Assembly: GCA_947442095.1 (NCBI GenBank)
Contig: CANEVG010000001.1
Span: forward strand, 1 to 45,758
DNA length: 45,758 nucleotides
Direction: 5' to 3'
DNA from: Sphingomonadaceae bacterium
Lineage (GTDB): Bacteria; Pseudomonadota; Alphaproteobacteria; Sphingomonadales; Sphingomonadaceae
In this document: in pieces, positions 1-8,865 of the stretch
Layout: the number at the start of each line of letters is the position of its first letter
How positions within the stretch are numbered: position 1 is the stretch's first letter
Translations under genes and position numbers: made by a program
The notes under the pieces: generated by a model
Database searches by the model: none
What the model was told of the DNA's origin: nothing
The model's input: only the letters and a program-made list of their open reading frames with translations

Positions 1-212
1 AGAACCTGACCTGAGGGCAACGTAAAGACTGCACTTGCGCGAGTGGGGCCGCGCATTTTTCCTGCTCAGTAATGGCGGACCAGTACGCGCGCGCGAGGAC
101 GATGATCCGGGCGGGCAGTGCGACGAGGACGGCGTCGACACCCTATTCCCGATCGGCAACGGACCGGAGGGTCTGATTGCTGATCCGGGGGAATAAGGAC
201 GCAAGCAGGGGC

Positions 213-233
213 GGTTACCTAGTTGGTTACCTA
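213..233. repeat. Direct repeat GGTTACCTA x2 (12-bp period), candidate integrase arm-type sites
   Basis: GGTTACCTA at 213-221 and 225-233, about 70 bp beyond the tRNA 3' end, next to an AT-rich tract (267-300). Confidence 0.55.
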
Positions 234-300
234 AAGCGATAATTCGATCAACCGGCCCCGCGCTTCTTGACATTTAAGTATTTATAATGATGGATTTTTA

Positions 301-376
<76 letters not shown>

Positions 377-394
377 ACTCACATTCCCATAGCG

Positions 395-1273
395 TCAGGT
401 GGCCCCGAAGGTCCAGCCTTCGGTTTGCGCAATTTCGGGGGTCAGGCCTTCGGGGCTCCACAGGGCCGGATCGTGCGCAGCGCGGCGCAGCCATGCTGCG
501 GTGATCAGCGCATCAGTGCTGTGATCGTCGTACTTTGACAGCGTGCGGTGCGGATCGGAATCCAGTGCGCCCAGAACCGCGTCCAGCGTTTCGGCATCCC
601 GGATCTTGCTGCGCCCCTTGCGGATGCCGCCTGCACGCGCGGCGATCGAGGTGTAGATTTCTACAACCACTGGGCCGCTCACGGGCACGGGGTCAAACGG
701 CCAGACCGGCACCGCTCCCGCCAATCGGTGCAGCATCCGCATCCCCGTCAGGCTCGATTTGCCGACTTGCGCCGCGCCCACCAGATTGAGGCAGCTCACC
801 GGGTTCACTCCTGCCAGACGTTGGCGGTGCTCCACCAGCCGCAGGCGCCCGCCGCCCGAACCAAACGCGCGTCCGGTCTGGTCGTGATTGCGGAAATGAT
901 CACGCAGGCCCTCGCGCAGCGGAAACGTGGACGCGGACAGGTGCGGCTCGTCCGCACAGAGCTGGTCGATCATGGCCCACAGCGCGCGCGCGGCAGGCGG
1001 AGTGTCGGGATGGCCGGGGAAATACGCGCCGTGATCGGCAAAGGGTAGCCCAGGTGAGAGATCAAGGCCCACCAGCATCCTCGTGCCCTGTGCAGCGTGC
1101 TTTTCCAGCCATGCCAGCACGCCGGGGCGCGTCCAGCCCCCGGTGGGCTTCAGCAAAACCGGCGCGCGCTGTCCCGGTTCGCACCACGCCACCGCCAGCC
1201 CCGGCGGCCGCGCCATGGCCGCGCCAGACCAGTCGATGCATACGAAAGCGTCGAATTGCCGTCCCTCAGTCAT
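395..1273 (-). CDS. Hypothetical protein, DUF429-like predicted RNase H-fold nuclease
   Basis: 292 aa; N-terminal 'FVCIDWSGA', 'VGLDLSPG', 'VVVEIYTS' and 'DHSTDALITA' acidic motifs; ATGA overlap with the rarA stop. Confidence 0.6.
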   Translation of the reverse strand: MTEGRQFDAFVCIDWSGAAMARPPGLAVAWCEPGQRAPVLLKPTGGWTRPGVLAWLEKHAAQGTRMLVGLDLSPGLPFADHGAYFPGHPDTPPAARALWAMIDQLCADEPHLSASTFPLREGLRDHFRNHDQTGRAFGSGGGRLRLVEHRQRLAGVNPVSCLNLVGAAQVGKSSLTGMRMLHRLAGAVPVWPFDPVPVSGPVVVEIYTSIAARAGGIRKGRSKIRDAETLDAVLGALDSDPHRTLSKYDDHSTDALITAAWLRRAAHDPALWSPEGLTPEIAQTEGWTFGAT

Positions 1274-2589
1274 CCCTGCCGCTCACGCCGCTTCTTCTCC
1301 CACCACTCCAGCCGCTTCAAAATCTCGCGCTCGAAACCGCGCTCCACCGGCCTGTAGAACGCCTGCGCGCGCATCCCTTCGGGCCAGTAGTTCGCGCCCG
1401 AAAAGCCGTCCTCGGCCTCATGGTCATAGGCATATCCAGCGCCGTAACCGATGTCCTCCATCAGCTTGGTCGGCGCGTTGAGGATATGTGCGGGGGGCGC
1501 GAGGGAGCCGGTTTCCTTCGCGCTCGCCCACGCAGCCTTTTGCGCCGCATAGGCCGAATTCGATTTGGGCGCGGTCGCGAGGTAGAGGCACGCCTGCACG
1601 ATCGCCAGTTCACCCTCCGGCGAACCGAGAAACTGGAACGCATCCTTCGCGGCAAGGCACTGCAACAGCGCCTGCGGATCGGCGAGGCCAATGTCCTCGC
1701 TGGCGAAGCGCACCAGCCGCCGGAGCACGTAGAGCGGCTCCTCGCCCGCCGTCAGCATCCGCGCCATGTAATAGAGCGCGGCTTGCGGATCCGATCCGCG
1801 CAGCGCCTTGTGGAGCGCGGAAATCAGGTTGTAGTGCCCGTCGCGGTCCTTGTCATACACGGCCACGCGCCGCATCAGGAACGCCCCCAGCTCCGCCGGC
1901 CCTAGCGGCGCGGGCAGCGACACATCGAACAGTGTTTCGGCCTGCCCTAGCAGAAACCGGCCGTCGCCATCGGCCGAAGCAATCAGCGACTCGCGCGCCG
2001 AGGGGGTGAGCGGCAAGCGCAGGCCCGTCGTCTCTTCCGCTCGCTCCAGGAGTTCGCCCAGCGCCGCCGCATCGAGCCGGTGCAGGATCAGGACTTGCGC
2101 GCGGCTCAGCAGCGCTGCGTTCAACGCAAAGCTCGGGTTCTCGGTCGTAGCCCCAACCAGCGTGACAGTGCCCTTCTCGACATAGGGCAGAAACCCGTCC
2201 TGCTGCGCACGGTTGAAGCGGTGGATCTCATCCACGAACAGCAGCGTCTTGCGCCCGATCTGCGCCATGGCCTCGGCCTCGGCAAACACCTTCTTGAGGT
2301 CCGCGACCCCTGAAAACACTGCGCTTATAGCGATGTAGCGCAGGCCCACTGCATCGGCGAGCAGACGGGCAATGGTGGTCTTGCCCGTGCCCGGCGGCCC
2401 CCACAGAATGATTGAGGACAGCTTGCCCGCCGCCACCATACGCCCGATCGCGCCTTCCGGCCCGGTCAGATGATTCTGCCCGACAACCTCCGCAAGGGTC
2501 CCAGGACGCAGCCGCTCGGCCAGCGGCGCATCATCGGGCGCGCGCTCGCGCGGGGTTTCGGCAGGTGCAGGGGCAAACAGATCGGACAT
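1270..2589 (-). CDS. rarA: Replication-associated recombination protein A (AAA+ ATPase, MgsA/RarA)
   Basis: PLAERLRP, Walker A GPPGTGKTT, FVDEIHRFNRAQQD, GATTENPSF, ISALHKALRGSD, ASEDIGLADP; start taken at MSDLF. Confidence 0.95.
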   Translation of the reverse strand: MSDLFAPAPAETPRERAPDDAPLAERLRPGTLAEVVGQNHLTGPEGAIGRMVAAGKLSSIILWGPPGTGKTTIARLLADAVGLRYIAISAVFSGVADLKKVFAEAEAMAQIGRKTLLFVDEIHRFNRAQQDGFLPYVEKGTVTLVGATTENPSFALNAALLSRAQVLILHRLDAAALGELLERAEETTGLRLPLTPSARESLIASADGDGRFLLGQAETLFDVSLPAPLGPAELGAFLMRRVAVYDKDRDGHYNLISALHKALRGSDPQAALYYMARMLTAGEEPLYVLRRLVRFASEDIGLADPQALLQCLAAKDAFQFLGSPEGELAIVQACLYLATAPKSNSAYAAQKAAWASAKETGSLAPPAHILNAPTKLMEDIGYGAGYAYDHEAEDGFSGANYWPEGMRAQAFYRPVERGFEREILKRLEWWEKKRRERQG

Positions 2590-2651
2590 GCGCGGCATGG
2601 AATAGGCGTCTGCGCCTGAATTTGCATCCACGCACTTGTAAGGAGTAATTA

Positions 2652-2663
2652 AAGATATATCTT
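2652..2663. promoter_or_regulatory. Perfect palindrome AAGATATATCTT, probable PadR operator
   Basis: 12-bp AT-rich palindrome in the short rarA/padR divergent gap, immediately upstream of the PadR gene. Confidence 0.6.
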
Positions 2664-2672
2664 AGAACCATT

Positions 2673-3368
2673 ATGAAGCATCAAGGATATGAAATGCGAT
2701 CCGATAGACACAACAATCATGGGGATTGGCAGGGCCCTATGCAGCGACTCGGCATGAAGATGATGGCCAAGGGTTTTGGCGGCGGTTGGGGCCATCGCGG
2801 CGGCGGGTGGGGCGGCGGATGGGGCGAGGGCTGGGACAGCGACGAACCGCCATTCGGTGGACGCCGAGGCGGAAGGGGCGGCCTTCGAGGCCGCATGTTC
2901 GGCCCCGGCGAACTGCGCTTGCTGCTGCTCCTCCTGCTGGATGAACAGGACCGCCACGGCTACGAACTAATCAAGGCCATCGAAGAACTCGCGGGCGGTG
3001 AATATGCCCCCAGCCCCGGCGTGGTCTACCCCACGCTCGCGCTGTTGGCGGATGAAGGCATGATCACAGAAGTGCCAAGTGAGAGCGCGCGCAAGGCCTT
3101 CACCATCACTGACGTCGGCCGCAGCGAACTCGCTGCCCGGGTGGCCGACGCCGAAGCCGTGGTGAAACGGCTCGGCGATTTCGCCAAGGCCCGCAGCGAC
3201 GCCCAAGGTCGGGGCAGCAGCCCGCCGCTGCGCCGCGCCGTGGCCAATCTCATGCTAGCGCTGCGTCACAAGACCGCCGCCGGGATCGAAGGCGAAACCG
3301 CTCACCAGATCGCCGATATTCTGGATGAAGCGGCCCGCAAGATCGAACGCCTCAGAGGTGCCCAATGA
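2673..3368 (+). CDS. PadR family transcriptional regulator (YqjI-like) with Gly/Trp-rich N-terminus
   Basis: GELRLLLLLLL..RHGYELIKAIEE..YAPSPGVVYPTL winged-HTH signature; alternative start at 2694. Confidence 0.9.
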   Translation: MKHQGYEMRSDRHNNHGDWQGPMQRLGMKMMAKGFGGGWGHRGGGWGGGWGEGWDSDEPPFGGRRGGRGGLRGRMFGPGELRLLLLLLLDEQDRHGYELIKAIEELAGGEYAPSPGVVYPTLALLADEGMITEVPSESARKAFTITDVGRSELAARVADAEAVVKRLGDFAKARSDAQGRGSSPPLRRAVANLMLALRHKTAAGIEGETAHQIADILDEAARKIERLRGAQ

Positions 3369-3685
3369 GCAGCGCCACAGCCAAAGTCCCCACCGCCCAC
3401 GCCAGCAAATACCTCCAGCAGGTCTGCAAGCATTGGGAGCACAACCTCGCCGTCACGTTCGATGCGCAGCAGGGCACCGTTACCTTCCCCCGCGATGCGC
3501 GCGGCGCATCATGGCCGGGCGATGCGGTGGTCACTTTTTCCGCGCACACAGGCATGCTCGAGTGCCACATCGCCGCCAGTGAACCCGACCAGCGCGATGG
3601 GCTCAAGGGCGCGGTCGAGCGCCACATTGACCGTTTAGCCTTCCGTGAAGCGCCGCTGACCTACGATTGGACCGATATGTCCTGA
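3365..3685 (+). CDS. DUF2218 domain protein
   Basis: ASKYLQQVCKHWEH..VERHIDRLAFRE..YDW; ATGA overlap with PadR. Confidence 0.85.
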   Translation: MSSATAKVPTAHASKYLQQVCKHWEHNLAVTFDAQQGTVTFPRDARGASWPGDAVVTFSAHTGMLECHIAASEPDQRDGLKGAVERHIDRLAFREAPLTYDWTDMS

Positions 3686-3737
3686 GCACCCGGCTCCTGA
3701 TTGCAAGAGCCCGCCTTGCGGCATCAGCTAATGATTC

Positions 3738-4103
3738 ATGTCGCAATCGGGGAAATCACCCATGGGACTGAACGCCAAACCTGTCGCATTCTTGCATCTC
3801 TCGATCGTCGCCGTGCTGCGCCTGCTGTGGAACCTGTTCGGCTGCTACAATTATCTCATGTCGAAACTCTCCCGCGAAACTTACTGCGTCGGCGGTAGCA
3901 TGAGAGCCACCAGCGCCGCCTACATGGCTGGGTTCCCCGCCTGGCTCACCGCCTTCTGGGCCCTGGGCGTGTGGGGCTCGCTGGCCGGCTTGCTGCTGCT
4001 CCCGCCGGAGAGCCCGCCGCTTGTCATCACGCGGGTGATCTGGGGCTTGCTGGTGTTCCTGGTCTATGCGCGCAGCATGGCGGCCTAGGGCATGCTAGGC
4101 TGA
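3738..4103 (+). pseudogene. Probably degraded small membrane protein gene
   Basis: Retains LLWNLFGCYNYLM and FPAWLTAFWALGVWGSLAG blocks of a small alphaproteobacterial membrane family (from recall), appears internally shortened, and a TAG at 4086-4088 interrupts ..YARSMAA*GMLG*. Confidence 0.45.
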
Positions 4104-5351
4104 ACGCAGCGCGTTTTTCTGGCGAATCAGCCGCACGTATGTGTCTGCCACCACTTGATTGATCGCGTCCCAGCTGAAATCTTGCGCACGCAGTTCGCCT
4201 GCCGCGCCGTGCCGGGCGCGCAAGTCTGGATCGGCGAGATAGGCGCGCAAGGCCTCGGCAAAATCGTGCAGCGCACCGGGGGTGATGAGCCGACCGGACA
4301 CCCCGTCTGTCACTAGGCTCTGGCTGCCCGTCGCCGCCGCCGCCACCACGGGAACGGCGCAGGCCATGGCTTCCAGCGTCACATTGCCGAACGTTTCGGT
4401 GACTGACGGATTGAACAGCACGTCCATCGCCGCCACCGCGCGGCCCAGATCCTTACCGCCCTGAAAGCCGGTGAACACTGCGCCGGGTAGCCGCGCCTCA
4501 AACCAAGCGCGCGCCGGGCCCTCGCCCACGACCATCACCCGGTGCGGCACGCCGCGCCTCACAAGCTGGTCGATCGTGTCCGAAAAGACGTCGAGCCCCT
4601 TTTCCATTACCAGCCGGCCAAGGAAGCCGATCACCACCTCGTCGTCGGCAATGCCGAATCCGCGCCGCCATTCCAGATCGCGGCGGCCGGGGTTGAAGAT
4701 CGCGCGGTCCACCCCGCGCGACCACAGCGAGATGTCATAGCTCATCCGCTCTTCGCGCAGCACTTGCGCCATCGATTCAGACGGCGCGACCAGCGCATCG
4801 CAGCGCCGATAGAACCGGCGCAGCAGCGCGGTCAGCACCGGCTCCAGCCAGGCCATGTTGTAGTAGCGCGGATACGTATCGAAGCGGGTGTGCACGCTTG
4901 CCAGCACCGGCAGCCGCCGCGCGCGCGCCCAGCTTACTGCGCGGTGCGCGGCAAAATCGGGCGAGGAAACGTGCACCACATTGGGCTTGAATGTCTTGAG
5001 ATCGATACGCGCCTTGCGCCCCAGCAGCATCGGCACGCGGTACTCGCCGCGCCCCGGCATCGGGATCGAGGGCAGCCCGATCAGCTTGCCCATCGAAGCG
5101 AATGCGGGGTTTTTCACTTTGGGCGCATAGACATGCACCGCCGCGCCCTGCCGCTGGAGATAGCCCACCAGCCGATTCAGCGCCTGATTGGCCCCATCGC
5201 GCACATAGTTGTAGTTTCCGCTGAACAGCGCAACGCGCAGCCCCCGAAGCGGTGCATCCTGGGGGGCAACGTGCGGAGCGGCCTGTTGCGCATCTCGCTC
5301 GGCCGCTGCGGGCGCTGCATTCATGTCGGCGGCTTCCATGCCTGTGCCCAT
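4095..5351 (-). CDS. Glycosyltransferase family 4 (GT-B fold)
   Basis: RVALFSGNYNYVRDGA, GFLGRLVMEKG, PSVTETFGNVTLEAMACAVPVV; start uncertain (5351/5339/5324). Confidence 0.9.
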   Translation of the reverse strand: MGTGMEAADMNAAPAAAERDAQQAAPHVAPQDAPLRGLRVALFSGNYNYVRDGANQALNRLVGYLQRQGAAVHVYAPKVKNPAFASMGKLIGLPSIPMPGRGEYRVPMLLGRKARIDLKTFKPNVVHVSSPDFAAHRAVSWARARRLPVLASVHTRFDTYPRYYNMAWLEPVLTALLRRFYRRCDALVAPSESMAQVLREERMSYDISLWSRGVDRAIFNPGRRDLEWRRGFGIADDEVVIGFLGRLVMEKGLDVFSDTIDQLVRRGVPHRVMVVGEGPARAWFEARLPGAVFTGFQGGKDLGRAVAAMDVLFNPSVTETFGNVTLEAMACAVPVVAAAATGSQSLVTDGVSGRLITPGALHDFAEALRAYLADPDLRARHGAAGELRAQDFSWDAINQVVADTYVRLIRQKNALRSA

Positions 5352-5515
5352 AGGGCCTTTTCCCGAGCGGGGGAAGCTGGGGGAGGAGGTTGAGGGGAAC
5401 GGGGAGGGGGTAGTTGCACCGGTCGCCGCGCCGCGCGGGGCAGGAAGCGCAACCGGTGCGGCCGGGGTTATCGTGGAGCGGTCAGGCGGGCCTAAAGCCC
5501 TAGGCAGCGAGACGT

Positions 5516-5941
5516 TTACCGGCCGCGCCAGCCGCCTCCCCGATGACCCCAACGGGGATTGCCGCGCCAGCCGCGCCGACCCCAGCGCCGATCCCAGCGC
5601 GGGTCATAGCCGCGGAATACCGGCCCGCCATAAATGGGGCCTCGCCAGCCTGGATAAACCGGATAGGCGCCCCAACCCGGATGGACAGGATAGGCATACG
5701 CGCCATGGGGCGGATACGCTGGGTAATAGCCTTGATCGAAAAAGACCTGATTGTTGTTGTCGGAGGCGATCGCTGCGCCCACCGCGAGGCCGAGCACGCC
5801 CGCGCCGATGGCAATGGCGGCATCGTCGCCCCCGCGCCGGCCATGCGCCTGCGCTGGCGCGCTGAAGGCAAGGCTGGCTGCGGCAAGCCCTGCGGTTGCC
5901 AACCCGGTCTTCCAGTATGTCCCGGTCTTGAAAAACGTCAT
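5516..5941 (-). CDS. Secreted/membrane hypothetical protein with glycine-zipper helix and low-complexity Tyr/Pro/Gly/Arg/Trp tail
   Basis: Signal peptide ending APAQA, AIAIGAGVLGLAVGAAIAS helix, GGAGA RBS upstream. Confidence 0.75.
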   Translation of the reverse strand: MTFFKTGTYWKTGLATAGLAAASLAFSAPAQAHGRRGGDDAAIAIGAGVLGLAVGAAIASDNNNQVFFDQGYYPAYPPHGAYAYPVHPGWGAYPVYPGWRGPIYGGPVFRGYDPRWDRRWGRRGWRGNPRWGHRGGGWRGR

Positions 5942-6076
5942 CGTCCGTCTCCCGTTCTGGTTCGCCCAGTCTTGCTGCTGCGCATGGTATCTGGCTGCTA
6001 AGAGGACCAGCGGGCGTATTGGGTCTATCCTTCGCCCGGCGCCTGAACCGAAGATGAAGCCGCCGTGCTTTTGCGA

Positions 6077-6598
6077 TCAGTTGCCGCGATCATCGGGCTC
6101 ACGGTTTTCCCGGTCCTGATTCTCCCGGCCCTGATTCTCCCGGCCCTGATCCTCCCGGTATCCGCGCCGGTCATAGTAACCGTCATCGCCCTGCGGAAAA
6201 CCGTCGCGGCTGTAGCCTTCCCGATAGCCGCCGTCGTGGCGCTGGTCGTACTGCCCGTTCCAGCCCTGCTGCCCGTTCCAGTTCGGCTGATTGTTCCAAC
6301 CCTGCTGGCCATTCCAGCTCGGCTGGCCGCGCCATTGTCCGTTCACGCGCGGATCATGGTGCCTGTCGGCATAGTGCCGATCGCGGTTGTTGTTGCTGCT
6401 TGAAACAATGATCGCCCCCAGCGCAAGGCCTATGATCCCGCCGATAATCGCCGCACCCGCCGTATCCCCGCCGCGCCCACGGTGGCGGCCGTAATAGGGA
6501 TCGGCCATCGCCGGGGTGGCGCTCGCCAGCGCAGAGGCAGCAAGGGCGATGGCAAGCGTGGCCTTCTTGGCACCAGACAATTTCATGGGCGTGAACAT
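6077..6598 (-). CDS. Secreted/membrane hypothetical protein with glycine zipper and WNGQ / GRENQ repeats
   Basis: Start MFTPMKL with GGAGA RBS; signal peptide ending TPAMA; AAIIGGIIGLALGAIIVS; same architecture as the neighbour at 5516-5941. Confidence 0.75.
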   Translation of the reverse strand: MFTPMKLSGAKKATLAIALAASALASATPAMADPYYGRHRGRGGDTAGAAIIGGIIGLALGAIIVSSSNNNRDRHYADRHHDPRVNGQWRGQPSWNGQQGWNNQPNWNGQQGWNGQYDQRHDGGYREGYSRDGFPQGDDGYYDRRGYREDQGRENQGRENQDRENREPDDRGN

Positions 6599-6788
6599 CT
6601 GCGGTCTCCCCGGCTGGCGATGCGTAAGCGGGCCATCCCGCTGCGATTCGTTGCCGTCTGAAGCTGTTCTAGGCCGCGTTGGCTGAACACTGGCGGGATA
6701 GTGTTTGCAGCACTTGTTCAGGTTATAACGTTCTTTGCTGAACAAATGAGTCGCAGTCGCCGCCTTGCCGACAGCCCGGCTCTGAGCG

Positions 6789-7763
6789 TCAGTCCTGCCG
6801 AACCCGCCGCACGGCGCGGGCTTCGCTGTACAAGGAACGCGCTTCCGAACGGCGCAAAAGGGGCACCAGCACACGATCGAAACCTGCCAGCCAGCGCTGC
6901 AATTCGGCCGGGTCAGGTGCCCGCGATTGCGCGATAGGTTGCAAGGCACGCGATGCGGCGAGAAGCTGCCCGCGTTCCCGGTCAAGGCTAGCGCCTGCGT
7001 AGCGTTCGTCGATCAGCCCAAGCTGATGCCGCGCGCCGGCAACCGCAATGGCCGCCGTCTCGGTTTCGCCTGACGCGATCAGACGCCCTGCCGCCATCAC
7101 AGATAGGCGCACCAGCAAGACCTGGTCGGCCAATCGGCGGGGCTGCTCCTGCACTGCGCCGCAATCACCAATCGCGCTGACGTAGGCCGCAAGCGCGGAA
7201 AGGGCGCTTCGGGATGGCTCCCGTCCGGAAAACTCCTCCACGATTAAACCGCGCAGGAACCGCTCCAGATCGCCTGTGGTCGGCGCGCGCGAAATCCTGC
7301 CGGGGTACGCCAGATCGGGGATCGGCTTTGGGTCAAACCGGCCATTGGCCCGCGCCGGGCTGAAGAAGCTGGAGCTGACATCGGCCGTGCCGGGACCTGC
7401 CGAAACCCCCTCCAGCCGAAAGTGCGGATTGCGCCGTCCGTTGCTGTGGCAACTGGCGCAGCTGATATCAGCCCGCGCCGCCTGTCCGCCGAGCAGCATG
7501 GGGGCATTGAACAGCGCCTCACCGATCAGGACATCGGCATCATCAGCCTTGGCCTTGGAACACATGGCCGGCTGGCGCGTCAGCGCCGCCACCTCATGGC
7601 CCGGCGCAGTCCAGATCAGCGCGCTTAGCCGGGGCTCCGCTGCTGCCCACGCGCTTGTCGCAAGGATCAGCGCCAGTCCCGCACACCCCGTCAGGAGGCG
7701 GATTTGTCCGACTCCCTTATCCAGCGGCGCAGTTCGTCCGCCTGCTGGCACCCGAAACCGCAC
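6789..7763 (-). CDS. Exported mono-heme c-type cytochrome-like protein (cytochrome c peroxidase-like N-domain)
   Basis: GEALFNAPMLLGGQAARADISCASCHSNG (CxxCH), signal-like LALILATSAWA; start uncertain, overlaps the 3' end of the TPR gene. Confidence 0.65.
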   Translation of the reverse strand: MRFRVPAGGRTAPLDKGVGQIRLLTGCAGLALILATSAWAAAEPRLSALIWTAPGHEVAALTRQPAMCSKAKADDADVLIGEALFNAPMLLGGQAARADISCASCHSNGRRNPHFRLEGVSAGPGTADVSSSFFSPARANGRFDPKPIPDLAYPGRISRAPTTGDLERFLRGLIVEEFSGREPSRSALSALAAYVSAIGDCGAVQEQPRRLADQVLLVRLSVMAAGRLIASGETETAAIAVAGARHQLGLIDERYAGASLDRERGQLLAASRALQPIAQSRAPDPAELQRWLAGFDRVLVPLLRRSEARSLYSEARAVRRVRQD

Positions 7764-8620
7764 AAGCTATCGAGCCGGGCAAGGTGCGCTTTCGCGCCCG
7801 CAATATCGCCCAGTTCCAGCTTGAGTTCGCCGGAGTATTCCAGCGCGCCGCGATGGTTCGGCGCTACCGCCAGTGCCATCGCATACCAGCCGCGCGCCGT
7901 GTCATACCGTTGCAGCTTGCGGTTCGCGAAACCGAGGTAGGTCAGCACATCGGGGTGCGGCCCTGCCGCCCACATCGAACTTTCCAGTTCGGCGATGGCT
8001 TCGTCGTAGTGGTGCTCATTGATCTTGCTCACCGCCGAAACATAGAGCGCGTCGATCGAGGCCAGCGGCTCAATCGTCCGGCTCGGCGCAAAGGCCCGCG
8101 GCGTTCCGGCCATCGCGGCCTCCACCGCCGCGATCGCCGCATCGAGAGTGGCCGCATCGGGGCAGGTCGCCGCGCATTGCGTCTTGCGCGCCCCCAGCGC
8201 GTCGCGCTGCTCGGTCGCTTTCGCCGCGTCGCCCAGCTTCGCCTGGACGATGCCGAGATCGCGGTGCGCTTCGATCATCGCGGCATCATAGCGCACCGCC
8301 ATTTCCAGCGGCCGCTTTGCTTTCTTGAAATCGCCCATCTGCAAGTAGCTCGAGCCGAGCAGATACTGCGCCGGGGCATGCGCCGCGGCCACTTCGATAA
8401 CGTGCCGAAAGGCGGTCACCGCACCCTTGAAGTTCTGCGCTTGGTAGGCCGCTATGCCCTTCTGGTACTCGGCGGCAGGATCATACTGTGGCGCAGACTG
8501 GCTTGGCCCCGCCATGCCGCCGCCCCCTCCGCCGCCGCCTGCAGCGATGACCGGGGCCACCGGCAGAAGAGTGAGAAGGGTTCCAAGAGTTATTGCACGA
8601 AGGCTCAAGTGAAATGCCAT
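7691..8620 (-). CDS. Exported tetratricopeptide repeat protein
   Basis: Signal peptide, poly-Gly linker, TPR helices (AQYLLGSSYLQMGDFKKA, VLTYLGFANRKL, HRGALEYSGEL), two CxxxC motifs; start MAFHLSL. Confidence 0.85.
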   Translation of the reverse strand: MAFHLSLRAITLGTLLTLLPVAPVIAAGGGGGGGGMAGPSQSAPQYDPAAEYQKGIAAYQAQNFKGAVTAFRHVIEVAAAHAPAQYLLGSSYLQMGDFKKAKRPLEMAVRYDAAMIEAHRDLGIVQAKLGDAAKATEQRDALGARKTQCAATCPDAATLDAAIAAVEAAMAGTPRAFAPSRTIEPLASIDALYVSAVSKINEHHYDEAIAELESSMWAAGPHPDVLTYLGFANRKLQRYDTARGWYAMALAVAPNHRGALEYSGELKLELGDIAGAKAHLARLDSLCGFGCQQADELRRWIRESDKSAS

Positions 8621-8865
8621 AATCCCGCTCCCGGTTCTGCCGCTATTGAACCTCGTGTAAACGCCTTCCCCGCCCACACGCCGAGGAAGCAGCCATGACG
8701 CGCATTTCGCCGTGCAAAAGGCGAGCGCTTCGGGCTCATACCACGACTTGCATCGGTTCGAGAGGGGCATTTTTTGTCCTCGGGGCGAGAAGCTTTCGGG
8801 CTGCCCTTTTGGTCTGGCGCAATACCCGCTTGCCACGGCAGCCGTTCCAGCGGAGACTTGCCGCC

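Noticed and set aside
1-200. Possible gene fragment at the left edge
   Set aside because: No ORF of useful length or recognisable motif; cannot be called without upstream sequence.
267-288. TTGACA and TATAAT hexamers resembling a sigma70 promoter
   Set aside because: Spacer is only 10 nt (16-18 needed) and it would fire antisense into the tRNA; better explained as AT-rich att-flanking DNA.
5358-5411. G-rich tract upstream of the GT4 gene as a further REP copy or G-quadruplex
   Set aside because: Too degenerate to align confidently to the repeat family; G-runs are common at this GC content.
8814-8830. Possible sigma54 promoter CTGGCGCAATACCCGCT before the PQQ dehydrogenase
   Set aside because: GG-N10-GC spacing fits but the -12 element (CCGC) is poor; such matches are common in GC-rich DNA.
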